Shown here: one piece after another, positions 27,577 to 37,057 of the stretch | Position numbering within the stretch: the first letter of the stretch is position 1 | Layout of the letters: each line of letters begins with the position of its first letter | Source of the DNA: a virus | Lineage: Duplodnaviria > Caudoviricetes | IMG/VR virus record: IMGVR_UViG_3300003465_000009 | Coordinates: 1 to 54,011 of that record | Direction: 5' to 3' (one strand) | Length of the DNA stretch: 54,011 bases | The notes under the pieces: model-generated | Database searches by the model: none | The model's input: the letters and a program-made list of their open reading frames with translations, nothing else | What the model was told of the DNA's origin: nothing | Position numbers and translations under genes: made by a program

Positions 27577-28479
27577 TTACGGAGTCGAGTCGAGGGTGAT
27601 TTTGATTTCGTCGGCGATTGGATCCCCGACTAAAGTTTTGGCAGTGAACACGGGACGCAGCATCAACTCCTGCCGGCGGTCCGTGAACTCAGGATCTTCG
27701 ATGTTGGCCTGCAGCGCCGGGAATTGCATAAGCAGTGACGTGCCGCCGGTCGTCCATGTGATGTCGCCAGCGATGCCCGTGACGGCCGCTTCCAAAATGT
27801 CCAATTCCGTGGTGCGGAATGGCGTCATCATTTCGAGCGTGATGAGCCGATCGCCCTGGGGGATCTCGGTCCGCGTCAAACTGTTGAACATGCGGTCGAG
27901 AATCAGCCCGTTGTCGACCACGAGATTGAAGTCTCCGAACTGCCGCGCCGTGCTGGCTACGTTGAACACCGCTCCGTTGTGAATGAACGGAACTTGCGTT
28001 GACAGTGACAGCGACGGGAACGTACCGGCGTTCGCCACATTGCGGATGCGGCCCTCAAGATCCAACTGCAGACGCAGCTGCTGGCCCGCGCGAGAGATGA
28101 ACGTCGCTTTCGAGACCTTCATGCCCTCGTAGTTGTAGACCTTGGCCTTGCGGTCCTTGCCGTACCAGAACTCATCGACGATCGCGGCCGGCGTCAGAAC
28201 CGTGCCGGAAAACGAGCCGCCGAAAATCAATGGCAACCAACGGACTAAATCCTCCGGCCTTGGCACCATCACAACCGTACCGGAAACGACGTATTGCGAT
28301 TCCACGGACGGCTCGATCGGATGCGACAGCGCGCCCCGCGCCTCGTTAGGCTCCGTCTTGAGCGGGATGCGTCGAACGGTACACGACTCGGGCGCGAACC
28401 GGTGAGTGAGCGGCAGTGCTGCGCCGGCCGCGGTGATTCCCCATTGAAATGAACTCGGCATCGAGGCTGTGTCGGTCAT
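27577..28479 (-). CDS. major tail tube protein
   Basis: 300 aa; YEGMKVS, FNLVVDNGL, GDRLITLEM pattern; position. Confidence 0.8.
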   Translation of the reverse strand: MTDTASMPSSFQWGITAAGAALPLTHRFAPESCTVRRIPLKTEPNEARGALSHPIEPSVESQYVVSGTVVMVPRPEDLVRWLPLIFGGSFSGTVLTPAAIVDEFWYGKDRKAKVYNYEGMKVSKATFISRAGQQLRLQLDLEGRIRNVANAGTFPSLSLSTQVPFIHNGAVFNVASTARQFGDFNLVVDNGLILDRMFNSLTRTEIPQGDRLITLEMMTPFRTTELDILEAAVTGIAGDITWTTGGTSLLMQFPALQANIEDPEFTDRRQELMLRPVFTAKTLVGDPIADEIKITLDSTP

Positions 28480-28507
28480 GACTTATGACTCCGTTCGTGG
28501 TTGATTC

Positions 28508-29260
28508 CTAAAGCACGGCGCGATTCACCTTGCACATACAATGCAAGATGATTCCGCCTACGTCGTAGTTCGCTTCCACACCTTCGGGAATGATGATCGG
28601 CCCTGGGTCGACGTAGACGATGGAATTTTCGGTGACACCTGGCAGTATCAATTCGCTGAACGCTCGCGTGACAAGCTCGCGTCGCAACAGCGCGCGACCA
28701 AGCCCAAGTGTGAGCTTGCCGTCCGCGGCCTCAACGAACGCTACCTGCACCCGGTAATCCAACTCGTCGCGATTGTTGTCGTCTGACTCCAGCCCCTCGC
28801 GGATCGGGCTAATGATGATCCCGAGCTGGTCGATCTCCAGGCCGGCTCGCCACGGCAGTTTCATCACCTTGACGTTGGCAGGATCGAGCGTCGCATCGTC
28901 TTCAACACCGACCAGCGACAACGCCTGAATGGTTTCCTTGACGGAGTCGCAACACCGCATGTGGATTGCGTCCAACCCGTCGCTCGCGCGAAAACTGCTG
29001 ATCGCGGACAACGCCACGTCCGTCGCTGAGACCTCGCTGCGGACCACTGAGAACCACAAACCAAGCGGATCAACTGCGAACTCAACCGAGCCGTCGCCAA
29101 CGCGAGACGCGAGCTGAGCGAACGACACAGCCAAGATGCTGGCCGCCCATCGGGCACCAAGCACTTTGTTGGTCGAGCCAGCCGTCGAGCCGGCGATGGT
29201 GGCCGTGACGGTCCCATCTGCGTTGTCGACGTAGGTGACTGTTGGTGTTGCAGCCGGCAT
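28508..29260 (-). CDS. tail terminator-like protein with N-terminal beta extension
   Basis: immediately upstream of the tail tube gene. Confidence 0.55.
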   Translation of the reverse strand: MPAATPTVTYVDNADGTVTATIAGSTAGSTNKVLGARWAASILAVSFAQLASRVGDGSVEFAVDPLGLWFSVVRSEVSATDVALSAISSFRASDGLDAIHMRCCDSVKETIQALSLVGVEDDATLDPANVKVMKLPWRAGLEIDQLGIIISPIREGLESDDNNRDELDYRVQVAFVEAADGKLTLGLGRALLRRELVTRAFSELILPGVTENSIVYVDPGPIIIPEGVEANYDVGGIILHCMCKVNRAVL

Positions 29261-29263
29261 GAT

Positions 29264-29701
29264 CTATCCGAATCCGAATAAAACAAAGTAAGCTGAGCTC
29301 GCGAACGCCTCGGCACACGCCTTGGACGTTTCAGGACTCGCATACAAAAACTGACGTTGCGGGATGTTGCCGGCTCCATCGTTGTGGATGGATGCGTAGG
29401 CAATCACACTCCCTTTCACGCCTGTTTCGAGATTCCGTTCCGAAACTGTGTGAATATTGCCGGCGCTGCCTGTGTCTCGCGTCGCTTCGATTAGCGCCCC
29501 GCTCAAAATCAACAGCGGATGTGGCAGGTCATCAACTCGCGGTGGCCACGGTGTGCCTGACTCATTCTCCGCCCGCATGAAATTCTGTTCGAACCCTTCC
29601 ATCAACACCGGCAAAACTTCGCGTAGCGGTTCCTCGAACGAGCCGCTTTCGCAGTGCTCGCCAAGATCGTCCAGGTATTCCGCGAAGTCTTCAGGGGACA
29701 T
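29264..29701 (-). CDS. phage virion morphogenesis (tail completion) protein
   Basis: NF...GTPWPP...LILSGAL...YASIHNDG...IPQRQFL. Confidence 0.85.
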   Translation of the reverse strand: MSPEDFAEYLDDLGEHCESGSFEEPLREVLPVLMEGFEQNFMRAENESGTPWPPRVDDLPHPLLILSGALIEATRDTGSAGNIHTVSERNLETGVKGSVIAYASIHNDGAGNIPQRQFLYASPETSKACAEAFASSAYFVLFGFG

Positions 29702-29703
29702 GG

Positions 29704-30093
29704 TTACGTTGGGTCGTAAAGGATCTCGCCTTGAATTCGTGCCGTGCCAACCGCACCCAGGGTGACGTGGATGCCAGTAGCAATGTCCGTCGTGATCGGA
29801 CACGCTTCCGCATCACCTTCCGCCCAGTCGATTGATCCGCCAGCGGCCAATGAGAAGGAGTCATCGGGCGTTCCCGCGTCATTCGTTTCGAGCAAGGCAA
29901 CCTTATCGCTCTTAATGAACACGCCTTTGATCTTGGCCGCGGTCACCGCGAATGCGATCAACGTCGTGGCGCTCTGCGGACATTCCTCATCGAACGTGAT
30001 GCGACCGCCGGACGTCTTGGTGACCTCCGATACGATGGCTGCGTCGCCGCCGGCTTGCACGGAGCGGTTAAAAACCATTGTGTGTCCAGACAT
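29704..30093 (-). CDS. hypothetical structural protein
   Basis: AAAGGA RBS; 129 aa beta-rich. Confidence 0.7.
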   Translation of the reverse strand: MSGHTMVFNRSVQAGGDAAIVSEVTKTSGGRITFDEECPQSATTLIAFAVTAAKIKGVFIKSDKVALLETNDAGTPDDSFSLAAGGSIDWAEGDAEACPITTDIATGIHVTLGAVGTARIQGEILYDPT

Positions 30094-30119
30094 GAGCGTG
30101 AATCCTTTCGCGGGGTGAT

Positions 30120-30353
30120 TTAACTTTGATGGTTAAGCAGTGCGTCAAGCGCTGCGCTGTGTGGATCTTTACCGTAACCGTGAAACGTCATTTGCGTTGT
30201 GCTCCACAGACACATCCAGCGATTCGTGTCCGTGTTCCAACTCAAGTCCAGACGCTCGCCGTTCTCTTGCATCCATTTCAGTAAGCGAGTCTGTGACCAC
30301 GTCACACCCTCGCGTTTTATGCGGCCCTCCCCTTCGTACAACTCAAACGCCAT
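30120..30353 (-). CDS. hypothetical protein
   Basis: AGGAGG RBS; 77 aa. Confidence 0.65.
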   Translation of the reverse strand: MAFELYEGEGRIKREGVTWSQTRLLKWMQENGERLDLSWNTDTNRWMCLWSTTQMTFHGYGKDPHSAALDALLNHQS

Positions 30354-30661
30354 CGTGCCCCTCCTAACTCATTTCCGATCAGAGCGACTAACCAGACACT
30401 GCCATCCGCGGCTGTCAGCTTGTCGCCAATTTTCGGAACGATCGCTCCCAGCTTTTCAGACCAGAGAAACCACGTCCTGGTTTCAACGGTCGCCTTGACT
30501 TCCATGAACCGGCGTTCGTCTAAACTCGTGGGCCTCCACTCGGCTGACTTCACCTCGACAGCCGTCGCGAATGCGTCTGCTTTCTGTCGAACCGAATACT
30601 GAACCGCCTCCTTGATCGGCATCTTCCGGTGAAGTTTTCGCAGCGTGCTGCGTCGAATCAT
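30317..30661 (-). CDS. head closure/head-tail joining protein
   Basis: PKIGDKL...WLV...WRL pattern; follows the connector. Confidence 0.65.
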   Translation of the reverse strand: MIRRSTLRKLHRKMPIKEAVQYSVRQKADAFATAVEVKSAEWRPTSLDERRFMEVKATVETRTWFLWSEKLGAIVPKIGDKLTAADGSVWLVALIGNELGGARWRLSCTKGRAA

Positions 30662-30668
30662 TTCGCAC

Positions 30669-31520
30669 CTAAACCAGCGGGGTCGTGAACCGCTTGAGCA
30701 AGCTCTTTGCGGAGCTTAAAGCGTTTTCCTCATCCGCCGCCGACAATCGCGTGTACGAGTAATAGTCGATCGACTCGCTGGCCATCGACGCGCCGTCCGA
30801 CGCCGTGCGGTACAAGTCTGCGACGACAACCTCGGCGGCGAGACTTAAGTCCGTGGGCATCGACCTGTACCCGGACACATACTGAACTTTGATGTTGCCG
30901 TTGCCGGGAACTGCAATCGCCTGCATCCCGACGCGGTCCGTATTGCCCGGCCAGACGCCCCACAGCTTGCGTAGGCAGCCCGTCGCGGAATAACCCACTT
31001 CGGACAGCTCAAGGTCGTAATCCTGCGCCACAACCAATAGCGTTGAGCTATTGAACGCATCCGCTCCCTGGCCATAGTGACCGTTGGGATCGAGCCACAC
31101 GTTTGCGACTGAGCGAACTGGCACGTTGCGGAGCTGCAGCTCACGCAGGTTATTGCCGTCGTAATACTCAATGAACTGCTTGGCGTAGTAGCCGGCCGTC
31201 CCCGCCGACGTGACTGCGATGGGCACCGTGAACGAGTCTTGATCGAGCACAGTGACAACCCGCGAACCGTCGATCGTCGGCGTGCAATTGCTGCCACTGA
31301 TGACGATCGTGTCGCCGCTCTCCAATCCGTGCCCGTAGGAACGAATGATCGTCGGTGACGCTTCGTTGTTGGACTCAATCACGCCACCATGAAACCGCCG
31401 CGTCCGCGTTCGAATCAGCGCGTTAGCTCTGCGCAGCAGGTGCTTGAGCGCAGCTTGCTCGGCCGTCTCCGCTTCCGGGTCGACCGTTTGAATCACGTTT
31501 GCGAGAGTAGTCAGAGCCAT
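30669..31520 (-). CDS. head-tail connector (gp6-like) with FCCH-like insert
   Basis: MALTTL, YYDG, LRNVPVRSV, NIKVQYVSGY..MPTDL, SESIDYYSY. Confidence 0.8.
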   Translation of the reverse strand: MALTTLANVIQTVDPEAETAEQAALKHLLRRANALIRTRTRRFHGGVIESNNEASPTIIRSYGHGLESGDTIVISGSNCTPTIDGSRVVTVLDQDSFTVPIAVTSAGTAGYYAKQFIEYYDGNNLRELQLRNVPVRSVANVWLDPNGHYGQGADAFNSSTLLVVAQDYDLELSEVGYSATGCLRKLWGVWPGNTDRVGMQAIAVPGNGNIKVQYVSGYRSMPTDLSLAAEVVVADLYRTASDGASMASESIDYYSYTRLSAADEENALSSAKSLLKRFTTPLV

Positions 31521-31544
31521 GCAATAACACGCTAAATCGTCTCG

Positions 31545-31835
31545 TTAAACGGTTGCTGGGGATGTTTCTGTTGGCGCTGGAGTTGCGACGCCCGACGGAG
31601 TTGCTGGAGTCACGACAACAGCAGGCTTGTTGAACGACTCGGAAATTGCTTCCACTCGCCGCTCACCTTCCGCTACAAATTCTTCCGCGTGTTTGAAAGC
31701 CATATTTCGGAAGTAGACGGGGTCCATTCCGTTCGAACCGGCGATGATCGGGCCGAACGATTTCAGGATTTCCAGGGCCACACCCTGAACTTGCCGGTCC
31801 CGTTCGATCGCTCGCTGCTTATCGTTCTTACTCAT
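31545..31835 (-). CDS. hypothetical protein
   Basis: operon packing. Confidence 0.65.
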   Translation of the reverse strand: MSKNDKQRAIERDRQVQGVALEILKSFGPIIAGSNGMDPVYFRNMAFKHAEEFVAEGERRVEAISESFNKPAVVVTPATPSGVATPAPTETSPATV

Positions 31836-31838
31836 CGT

Positions 31839-32090
31839 TTACACCCGAATATTCAGCCCCCAAGGGGCTTCATCGCAAACCCATAAATGGTAAACGCACT
31901 TCCCGTCTACAAGTTGGTCCTTGGGCGGAAAGCATTGCACGGCCCACTTGCCCGGATATGCCTCCGCGAACTTCTCCCACACTTCTCGCCAACTGAGTTG
32001 CCGGTAACCAGGTGCGAAAATTTTCAGTTGTAAAACGCGACCGAGACGCGACTCGCGATAGCCACGCTCGGTCACGATCAAGTCGCTCAT
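31839..32090 (-). CDS. hypothetical protein
   Basis: LSW.EV...AVQCFP...LVD...YHLWV motif; TAATG overlap. Confidence 0.7.
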   Translation of the reverse strand: MSDLIVTERGYRESRLGRVLQLKIFAPGYRQLSWREVWEKFAEAYPGKWAVQCFPPKDQLVDGKCVYHLWVCDEAPWGLNIRV

Positions 32091-33010
32091 TAGTCGTCGA
32101 CCGACTCAGTCTTAACCAGCGTGCCGGCCTCGTTTCCAACCTCGACGTACTTCACGTCAAAATGACCCATGCCATCGGCAACGGTAGATGCGTCGATCGT
32201 TCCGAGATCACCCATGATTTGGGTGTTGCGGATCACGCCTGTGGTTCCCGTCAACACTTCGATCCCCGGCTCCGCGTCCGTGACGAGGATGCAATTGTCG
32301 ATCAGCAGCCGCGTGGACAGAGTAGTATCGCCATTGATTGGTGCAACCAGTCCAGCCCCAGCGGCCCACATGACGCAATTCGTGATCTTTACTTGATCGC
32401 TTGCTCCCGTGAGGCAGACGCATGACAACACGCCGGCTGCGCTCGCGTGCTGGCTGAATGTGCATCCGTCAATATGCGTCCGGCTGCAACCGGCTTTGAT
32501 GTCGATCGTCTTGGCGAACTCATCGACCCCAGCACCATCCTCTCCCGGAAGGGATTCGATTTGGCTGAGTAGCGTGTCGGTGACCCCCGCTTCGATGTCG
32601 ATCGCAATCAACACGGCCGTGACGGATGGTAGCAGCCGAATATTGTGAATCTTGATCCCATTGGCCTTGACGTTGATTGACGCATTGGCGTGATCGAAGT
32701 CGAACCTGGGAGCGGATGAGCCACGGCCTAATCCGATAATCTCGATCCCGGCAACATTCAGATCCCACTGAGCGTCACCCTTGCCCTCGTTGTGACCTTC
32801 CATCACGTAGATGCGGTCGCCGTTATTAGCCTCGCAAAGAGCGACGGCCGCCGCGAGCGTGCTGAGCGGGGCGGATGGCGTGTGGCCGTACTGCGAGCCA
32901 GTCCCGCCGCTGCTGTGAACCCAGTACCGATTGCCGGTACTGACACTGGCGTCCTCCAGTGCGATTGGTCCGCCCGGAAGGTCCGCAAGGACAAAAGGTG
33001 TCTTCGACAT
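32090..33010 (-). CDS. beta-helix (pectin lyase-like) head fiber/decoration protein
   Basis: PLSTLAAAV..C..NNGDRIYVMEGH, IIGLG.G, parallel beta-helix repeats. Confidence 0.75.
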   Translation of the reverse strand: MSKTPFVLADLPGGPIALEDASVSTGNRYWVHSSGGTGSQYGHTPSAPLSTLAAAVALCEANNGDRIYVMEGHNEGKGDAQWDLNVAGIEIIGLGRGSSAPRFDFDHANASINVKANGIKIHNIRLLPSVTAVLIAIDIEAGVTDTLLSQIESLPGEDGAGVDEFAKTIDIKAGCSRTHIDGCTFSQHASAAGVLSCVCLTGASDQVKITNCVMWAAGAGLVAPINGDTTLSTRLLIDNCILVTDAEPGIEVLTGTTGVIRNTQIMGDLGTIDASTVADGMGHFDVKYVEVGNEAGTLVKTESVDD

Positions 33011-33061
33011 GAGCAATTACTCCGAAAAATGTGTTTTTGTGTTGTGCGGGCGGTTGAAACA

Positions 33062-33093
33062 AACGGCGGCCGGTCTTGGCACCGGCCGCCGTT
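33062..33093 (-). terminator. stem-loop, probable intrinsic terminator
   Basis: AACGGCGGCCGGT/ACCGGCCGCCGTT perfect 13-bp stem. Confidence 0.6.
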
Positions 33094-33117
33094 GGAGGGA
33101 ACGTGGCAGCCGGAGAA

Positions 33118-33633
33118 CTAGGAAATCAAACTTGCTGGGGTCTCGCGTTTGTAGGCGCGGTCCAGCAAGATGTAGAACAGGCAGCCGAGCATCGCGTTGC
33201 CTCCGACGTCGGCGACTCGACCGCGAACCCAGGTGAATCCGTTGGTTGCATCCAGCATGTCTGGCGTAATCTCTACCGCCAACAATTGCTCGTTTTCTGC
33301 GCCCGCAATCGGGTCGGTGTCATAGCTGGCAGCTGCGGACTGAGTGACCTTCGTCCACTGACCAACGGCTGACAGCAGCGTCGCGCCAGTCTTGTGGCGG
33401 ATCTTGGTGAAAGTCAGATCCTTCGCGCCGGTGCCTGCTGCGTCGATCGCTTGCTGCAGCGCGAGAATCGGATCGTCACCGGCAGTGCCAATGCCGGAGT
33501 AGACCACCACCACACAGCGGCCGACGTTGGCGAGGTTGACCCAGTCGCCGTCATTCGCGCCAGTCTGCAAGTCGACGGGAGTCACCCCTCCGACAATGTC
33601 GTTGCCTTCGAGAAACTCACAGTTTTGGTTCAT
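33118..33633 (-). CDS. capsid decoration/minor head protein
   Basis: directly after the capsid gene; AGGGAG RBS; GDWVNL...LQQA...NGFTWV. Confidence 0.7.
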   Translation of the reverse strand: MNQNCEFLEGNDIVGGVTPVDLQTGANDGDWVNLANVGRCVVVVYSGIGTAGDDPILALQQAIDAAGTGAKDLTFTKIRHKTGATLLSAVGQWTKVTQSAAASYDTDPIAGAENEQLLAVEITPDMLDATNGFTWVRGRVADVGGNAMLGCLFYILLDRAYKRETPASLIS

Positions 33634-33686
33634 TGGGAACACTCCCTAAAATTGACTTGGTAAAAGTGATTTGCTTTGGCCGAGTT

Positions 33687-33712
33687 AAAAAGCGGGGGCA
33701 CTCCATGCCCCC
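33687..33712 (-). terminator. intrinsic terminator after the capsid gene (GGA in loop)
   Basis: GGGGGCA-TGGAG-TGCCCCC followed by GCTTTTT. Confidence 0.65.
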
Positions 33713-33735
33713 TTGGACGTTCAATCCGTGAATTA

Positions 33736-35013
33736 CTACCGGGTTGCGAGCCCGATGAAGCTGGATTGCGTATCGCTTCCGTTCGATTGAAACGGAGTGA
33801 TCGGGCTGTCCTCATAGGGACGGCCGTCCAGCCGCATGATGAATCGCACGGCCAGCTGATCCGTGAGGAACTCGACGTGCATCGACACAGCTTCCGAGAT
33901 CCCTCCCTTGCTGATCGTGACGTAGTCCTTCAGGTTGGCCAGCGTGATGTCGCCGACGGTCCCGCATGCCGAGCTGAACTCGCATGGGATAACCGGGCGG
34001 CCCATCAACGTCGCGTAGGGCGTTGACGACAGACCGCCGGGCGGGGTGTAGACGACTTGACCGCCGGTGCCAACCGACATGGTCATTTTGTTCAACTGCG
34101 GTTCGCAGTTTTGGTTGATGTACCAAGCCAGCTGGCTCGTATCACCAACCGCCAACCGTCGCGACCACATGTCCAGGATGTTCTGCGCGACGATCGTGCC
34201 CGCGCCTTGACCTGGGATCGCATCAACGGGAATGAACGCTGAGCTATTCAGGAATCCGAGCGGCTGAGCACCGCCTGCCCCGCGGAACACGGACAGCCCC
34301 GTCATGAAGTTGAATTCGTCGGTGGCCTTCTTCATTGCCCACTGTTCCAGAGCGTAAGCATTGTCGTCAATCAACTCTTGCGTGAGGTAAATCACGACCG
34401 CGAGCTTCTTGAGTTTCAGCTCCGTCTCCGCCAATTTCGGCGCGCTCTTTTCGATGTCGCCGCCTTCGCCAACCCAGTAAGCCCGGATGCCACCCGACCG
34501 ACTGCCGGTTGCGCGGCTGGTTTCCGCGTTGCGCGGGAAAGTCATGCGATTGCCGCCGACGGTGAAGTTGTCGGTCCGGCTGAAAATGTCGTTCGCGTAA
34601 ACGCGCTCGTAGATTCCCGGCGCGAACTCTGGCAGGATGGCAAAGCCACCGTCTGCCCCGGCCGAGGTGCTCATGCCTTGAATGGTTTTGAAGCAACCGA
34701 AATACTGCTGCGTGAAATCGAGAATCTTCGCGGAGTTTCCGCCGACTTCGGTGTAGTGCGATTTCACACCATCGCGCAGACATTGACCGAGTGTCTTCCA
34801 AGTGCTGTAGGGCTTGTAACCCTCGGGCAATCGCGTGCGGCCGAAACCGCCGCCGATGTTCAGCCCCTTCATCACCGTCGGGTGTCGTTCCTCCTGGAAA
34901 TAGGACAGCGAGTCGCCGGTGAACCGACCGGGAGCCCACGCTTGATCCAGCTGGTCAAGACGGTCCAGGATCTTCTTCGACTGTTCTTCAATCACTTCCA
35001 TGCGGTCGGCCAT
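33736..35013 (-). CDS. HK97-fold major capsid protein
   Basis: ADGGFAILP, AYWVGEG, KKLAV...ELIDD, G.G..QPLG, TLMGRPV, F.TDQLA.RFIMR.DG.P. Confidence 0.95.
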   Translation of the reverse strand: MADRMEVIEEQSKKILDRLDQLDQAWAPGRFTGDSLSYFQEERHPTVMKGLNIGGGFGRTRLPEGYKPYSTWKTLGQCLRDGVKSHYTEVGGNSAKILDFTQQYFGCFKTIQGMSTSAGADGGFAILPEFAPGIYERVYANDIFSRTDNFTVGGNRMTFPRNAETSRATGSRSGGIRAYWVGEGGDIEKSAPKLAETELKLKKLAVVIYLTQELIDDNAYALEQWAMKKATDEFNFMTGLSVFRGAGGAQPLGFLNSSAFIPVDAIPGQGAGTIVAQNILDMWSRRLAVGDTSQLAWYINQNCEPQLNKMTMSVGTGGQVVYTPPGGLSSTPYATLMGRPVIPCEFSSACGTVGDITLANLKDYVTISKGGISEAVSMHVEFLTDQLAVRFIMRLDGRPYEDSPITPFQSNGSDTQSSFIGLATR

Positions 35014-35095
35014 TTGCGTCTCTCCGTAAAGAAAAAAAGTTGTTTTGTGGTAGCTGCTGGGGTTGGGCCGTGAACTGATTTGGTGGTTGGTGGAA

Positions 35096-36640
35096 CTAGC
35101 GACGGTTCGCCGGGATGGCTTTGTCGAGCCGCTTATTGATCGCGGCCAACGTGTTCTCGATCTCCGTCATTCGTTTCTGCTCGGCAGTCTCCGCCTCTGC
35201 ACTGGCAGTGCTGAGCACCTTGTCGAAGAAACTTTTTGCCGTGCCGAGCGACTTGCGTTGCGCCGGCTTCAAGTTCGTCGCCGATGCGAGTGCGGCCAGT
35301 TGCGAGCCGATGCCGCCGAACTGCAGCTCGTTGCGCTTCGATGCGCGGAGCCACGACTTGACGACTGACTCCGACGTGTCCGGCGTTTCTTCCTCGCCGC
35401 TGCTCGACAGCCCCGTCTGGTCCGGGTAGGACTTCGAGAACAGCCCCTCGACTTCGGTCAAAATGGTGCGAAGCGATTCGAGCAACGCCTCCGCGCCTTC
35501 TTTGACGTCCGCGTTTTCGACCGGCTTCAATGCCGTTTCCGCGACGTCAATCACGCCTTTGATCGACTCGTGAATGGATGTCAGCACCTGAGCGCCGAGC
35601 GGCGTGTCGTCCGGTTCGTCCTCGGTCTCGACTTCACCAGGCTTTTCCTCGCCGGCAGGCTGATCCGCTGGCTTCGCCGCACGCTTGGCAATTTCAGCCT
35701 TGACCAATTCCTGAGTGGCGTCGTCAAGTTCGGCCGACTTTTCGCCGACGGCTTTCAATTCGTCGTCGCTCATCGCGGCCAATGCTTCGGCGGTGTAAGA
35801 CATGGCGTTTCCTTTCGCCGCGTTCTCCGCGGTCAGTGTTTTCGCGGTGGTTTCCAGAGCCGGCGGCTCGACGATTTCAGCTGTCACTTCGGGTGGCTTC
35901 GCTACAGCCGTTGCCGTTAGAACTGGCTCGATCGCCGGTTGACTGACAGCCGGAGTTTCCAGAGCCATGCCCGGTGACCACGCCACTCGGTGCGGCGCGT
36001 AGGGCGTGAGCATCTGCTTGATGTGGTCCGTGATTGGGCGGCCGGCGAGTCGACCAACGGCCAGCGTCTTGGCGACGCACGCCGGGTTGACACCTAAACA
36101 GCCCCACGACCACTCGATGAGATCCGATTCGAGCGTCAACAGGATTTTTCCCAGACCCTCGATCGTCTCGTACTTGCGCGTGATCGGTTGAACGTGAATG
36201 GAGACAGCACGGACGGTTTTGTCCTTCACCAGTTCGTAGAGCTGGCATGCCTCCAGCGTCTTCTGCGTGAAGTAGCACGTCGCATCAATACCGGTCTCCC
36301 GGATGTCCAGCGACAGCGCCCCGTCTTTTTCGGACGATCCGACCGGGAACGGGATGGAGCCGAACCCATGATCCCAGAGCACCGTCGGATTGAGCCGGTA
36401 GTTGTCGATCCGCACGCCCGTCGGAACGATGACCTCTTTGACGCGGTCCGGGTTCAGCGTTGCAATCGTGGCGCGAGCGGACATTTCCGTGTCACAGCAC
36501 ACCGGATCAGCGATGCAATCGACGCCGATGCTATTGTCCAGCAGCTTGTAAACACTGCCCGGAACGCGCGGTCGATCGGCGAAGTGTTGAGCCACTTCCC
36601 GTGCGATGTCGAGTTGATCCGCTTCCAGTGCGTCGGCCAT
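35096..36640 (-). CDS. HK97-family prohead protease with C-terminal scaffold-like region
   Basis: VLWDH, RAVSI, LIEWS...NP; long acidic helical C-terminus. Confidence 0.85.
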   Translation of the reverse strand: MADALEADQLDIAREVAQHFADRPRVPGSVYKLLDNSIGVDCIADPVCCDTEMSARATIATLNPDRVKEVIVPTGVRIDNYRLNPTVLWDHGFGSIPFPVGSSEKDGALSLDIRETGIDATCYFTQKTLEACQLYELVKDKTVRAVSIHVQPITRKYETIEGLGKILLTLESDLIEWSWGCLGVNPACVAKTLAVGRLAGRPITDHIKQMLTPYAPHRVAWSPGMALETPAVSQPAIEPVLTATAVAKPPEVTAEIVEPPALETTAKTLTAENAAKGNAMSYTAEALAAMSDDELKAVGEKSAELDDATQELVKAEIAKRAAKPADQPAGEEKPGEVETEDEPDDTPLGAQVLTSIHESIKGVIDVAETALKPVENADVKEGAEALLESLRTILTEVEGLFSKSYPDQTGLSSSGEEETPDTSESVVKSWLRASKRNELQFGGIGSQLAALASATNLKPAQRKSLGTAKSFFDKVLSTASAEAETAEQKRMTEIENTLAAINKRLDKAIPANRR

Positions 36641-36760
36641 CCGTACCTCTCGTGACAGAAACCATCCGTGTCACGGAGGATATTCCTAGAACAACGCCTG
36701 GATATTTGACAATACCCATCAGGTTAGATTTTCAAAAATATTTTTCCAATCCGGCCGGAA

Positions 36761-37042
36761 CTACTTCGCCTCGATAAACAGATCGCTCCAGGTTTCGCAT
36801 CCATCATAGCCCGAATGAGCCGTGATCTTGCATCGTCGCTTGACTTTGCCGCAAAGCATGCGCACGCGGCTCTCGTTCTCGCGGTGAATCGGTCTGCGGA
36901 TTTCGTCGCCAGATCCCAGGTCAGCCAAAAGCATTTGGAACTCAATGCCGCAGACAAACATTTCACGATCTCGATCTGAGTACCCGTCGGTGTCAATCCA
37001 GAACGGAACGACACACTCCCACTTTTCGTCACCGTCTTCCAT
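36761..37042 (-). CDS. hypothetical protein
   Basis: 93 aa, FVCGIEF motif. Confidence 0.65.
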   Translation of the reverse strand: MEDGDEKWECVVPFWIDTDGYSDRDREMFVCGIEFQMLLADLGSGDEIRRPIHRENESRVRMLCGKVKRRCKITAHSGYDGCETWSDLFIEAK

Positions 37043-37057
37043 AAAGGCGAATCCAAA

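Noticed and set aside
27577-29260. Contractile (myovirus) tail
   Set aside because: No sheath or baseplate wedge/J genes were recognised; the organisation fits a non-contractile tail.
22408-35073. Long plus-strand ORFs (for example 22408..23325 and 34378..35073)
   Set aside because: They are antisense shadows of GC-rich structural genes, without RBS or motifs.
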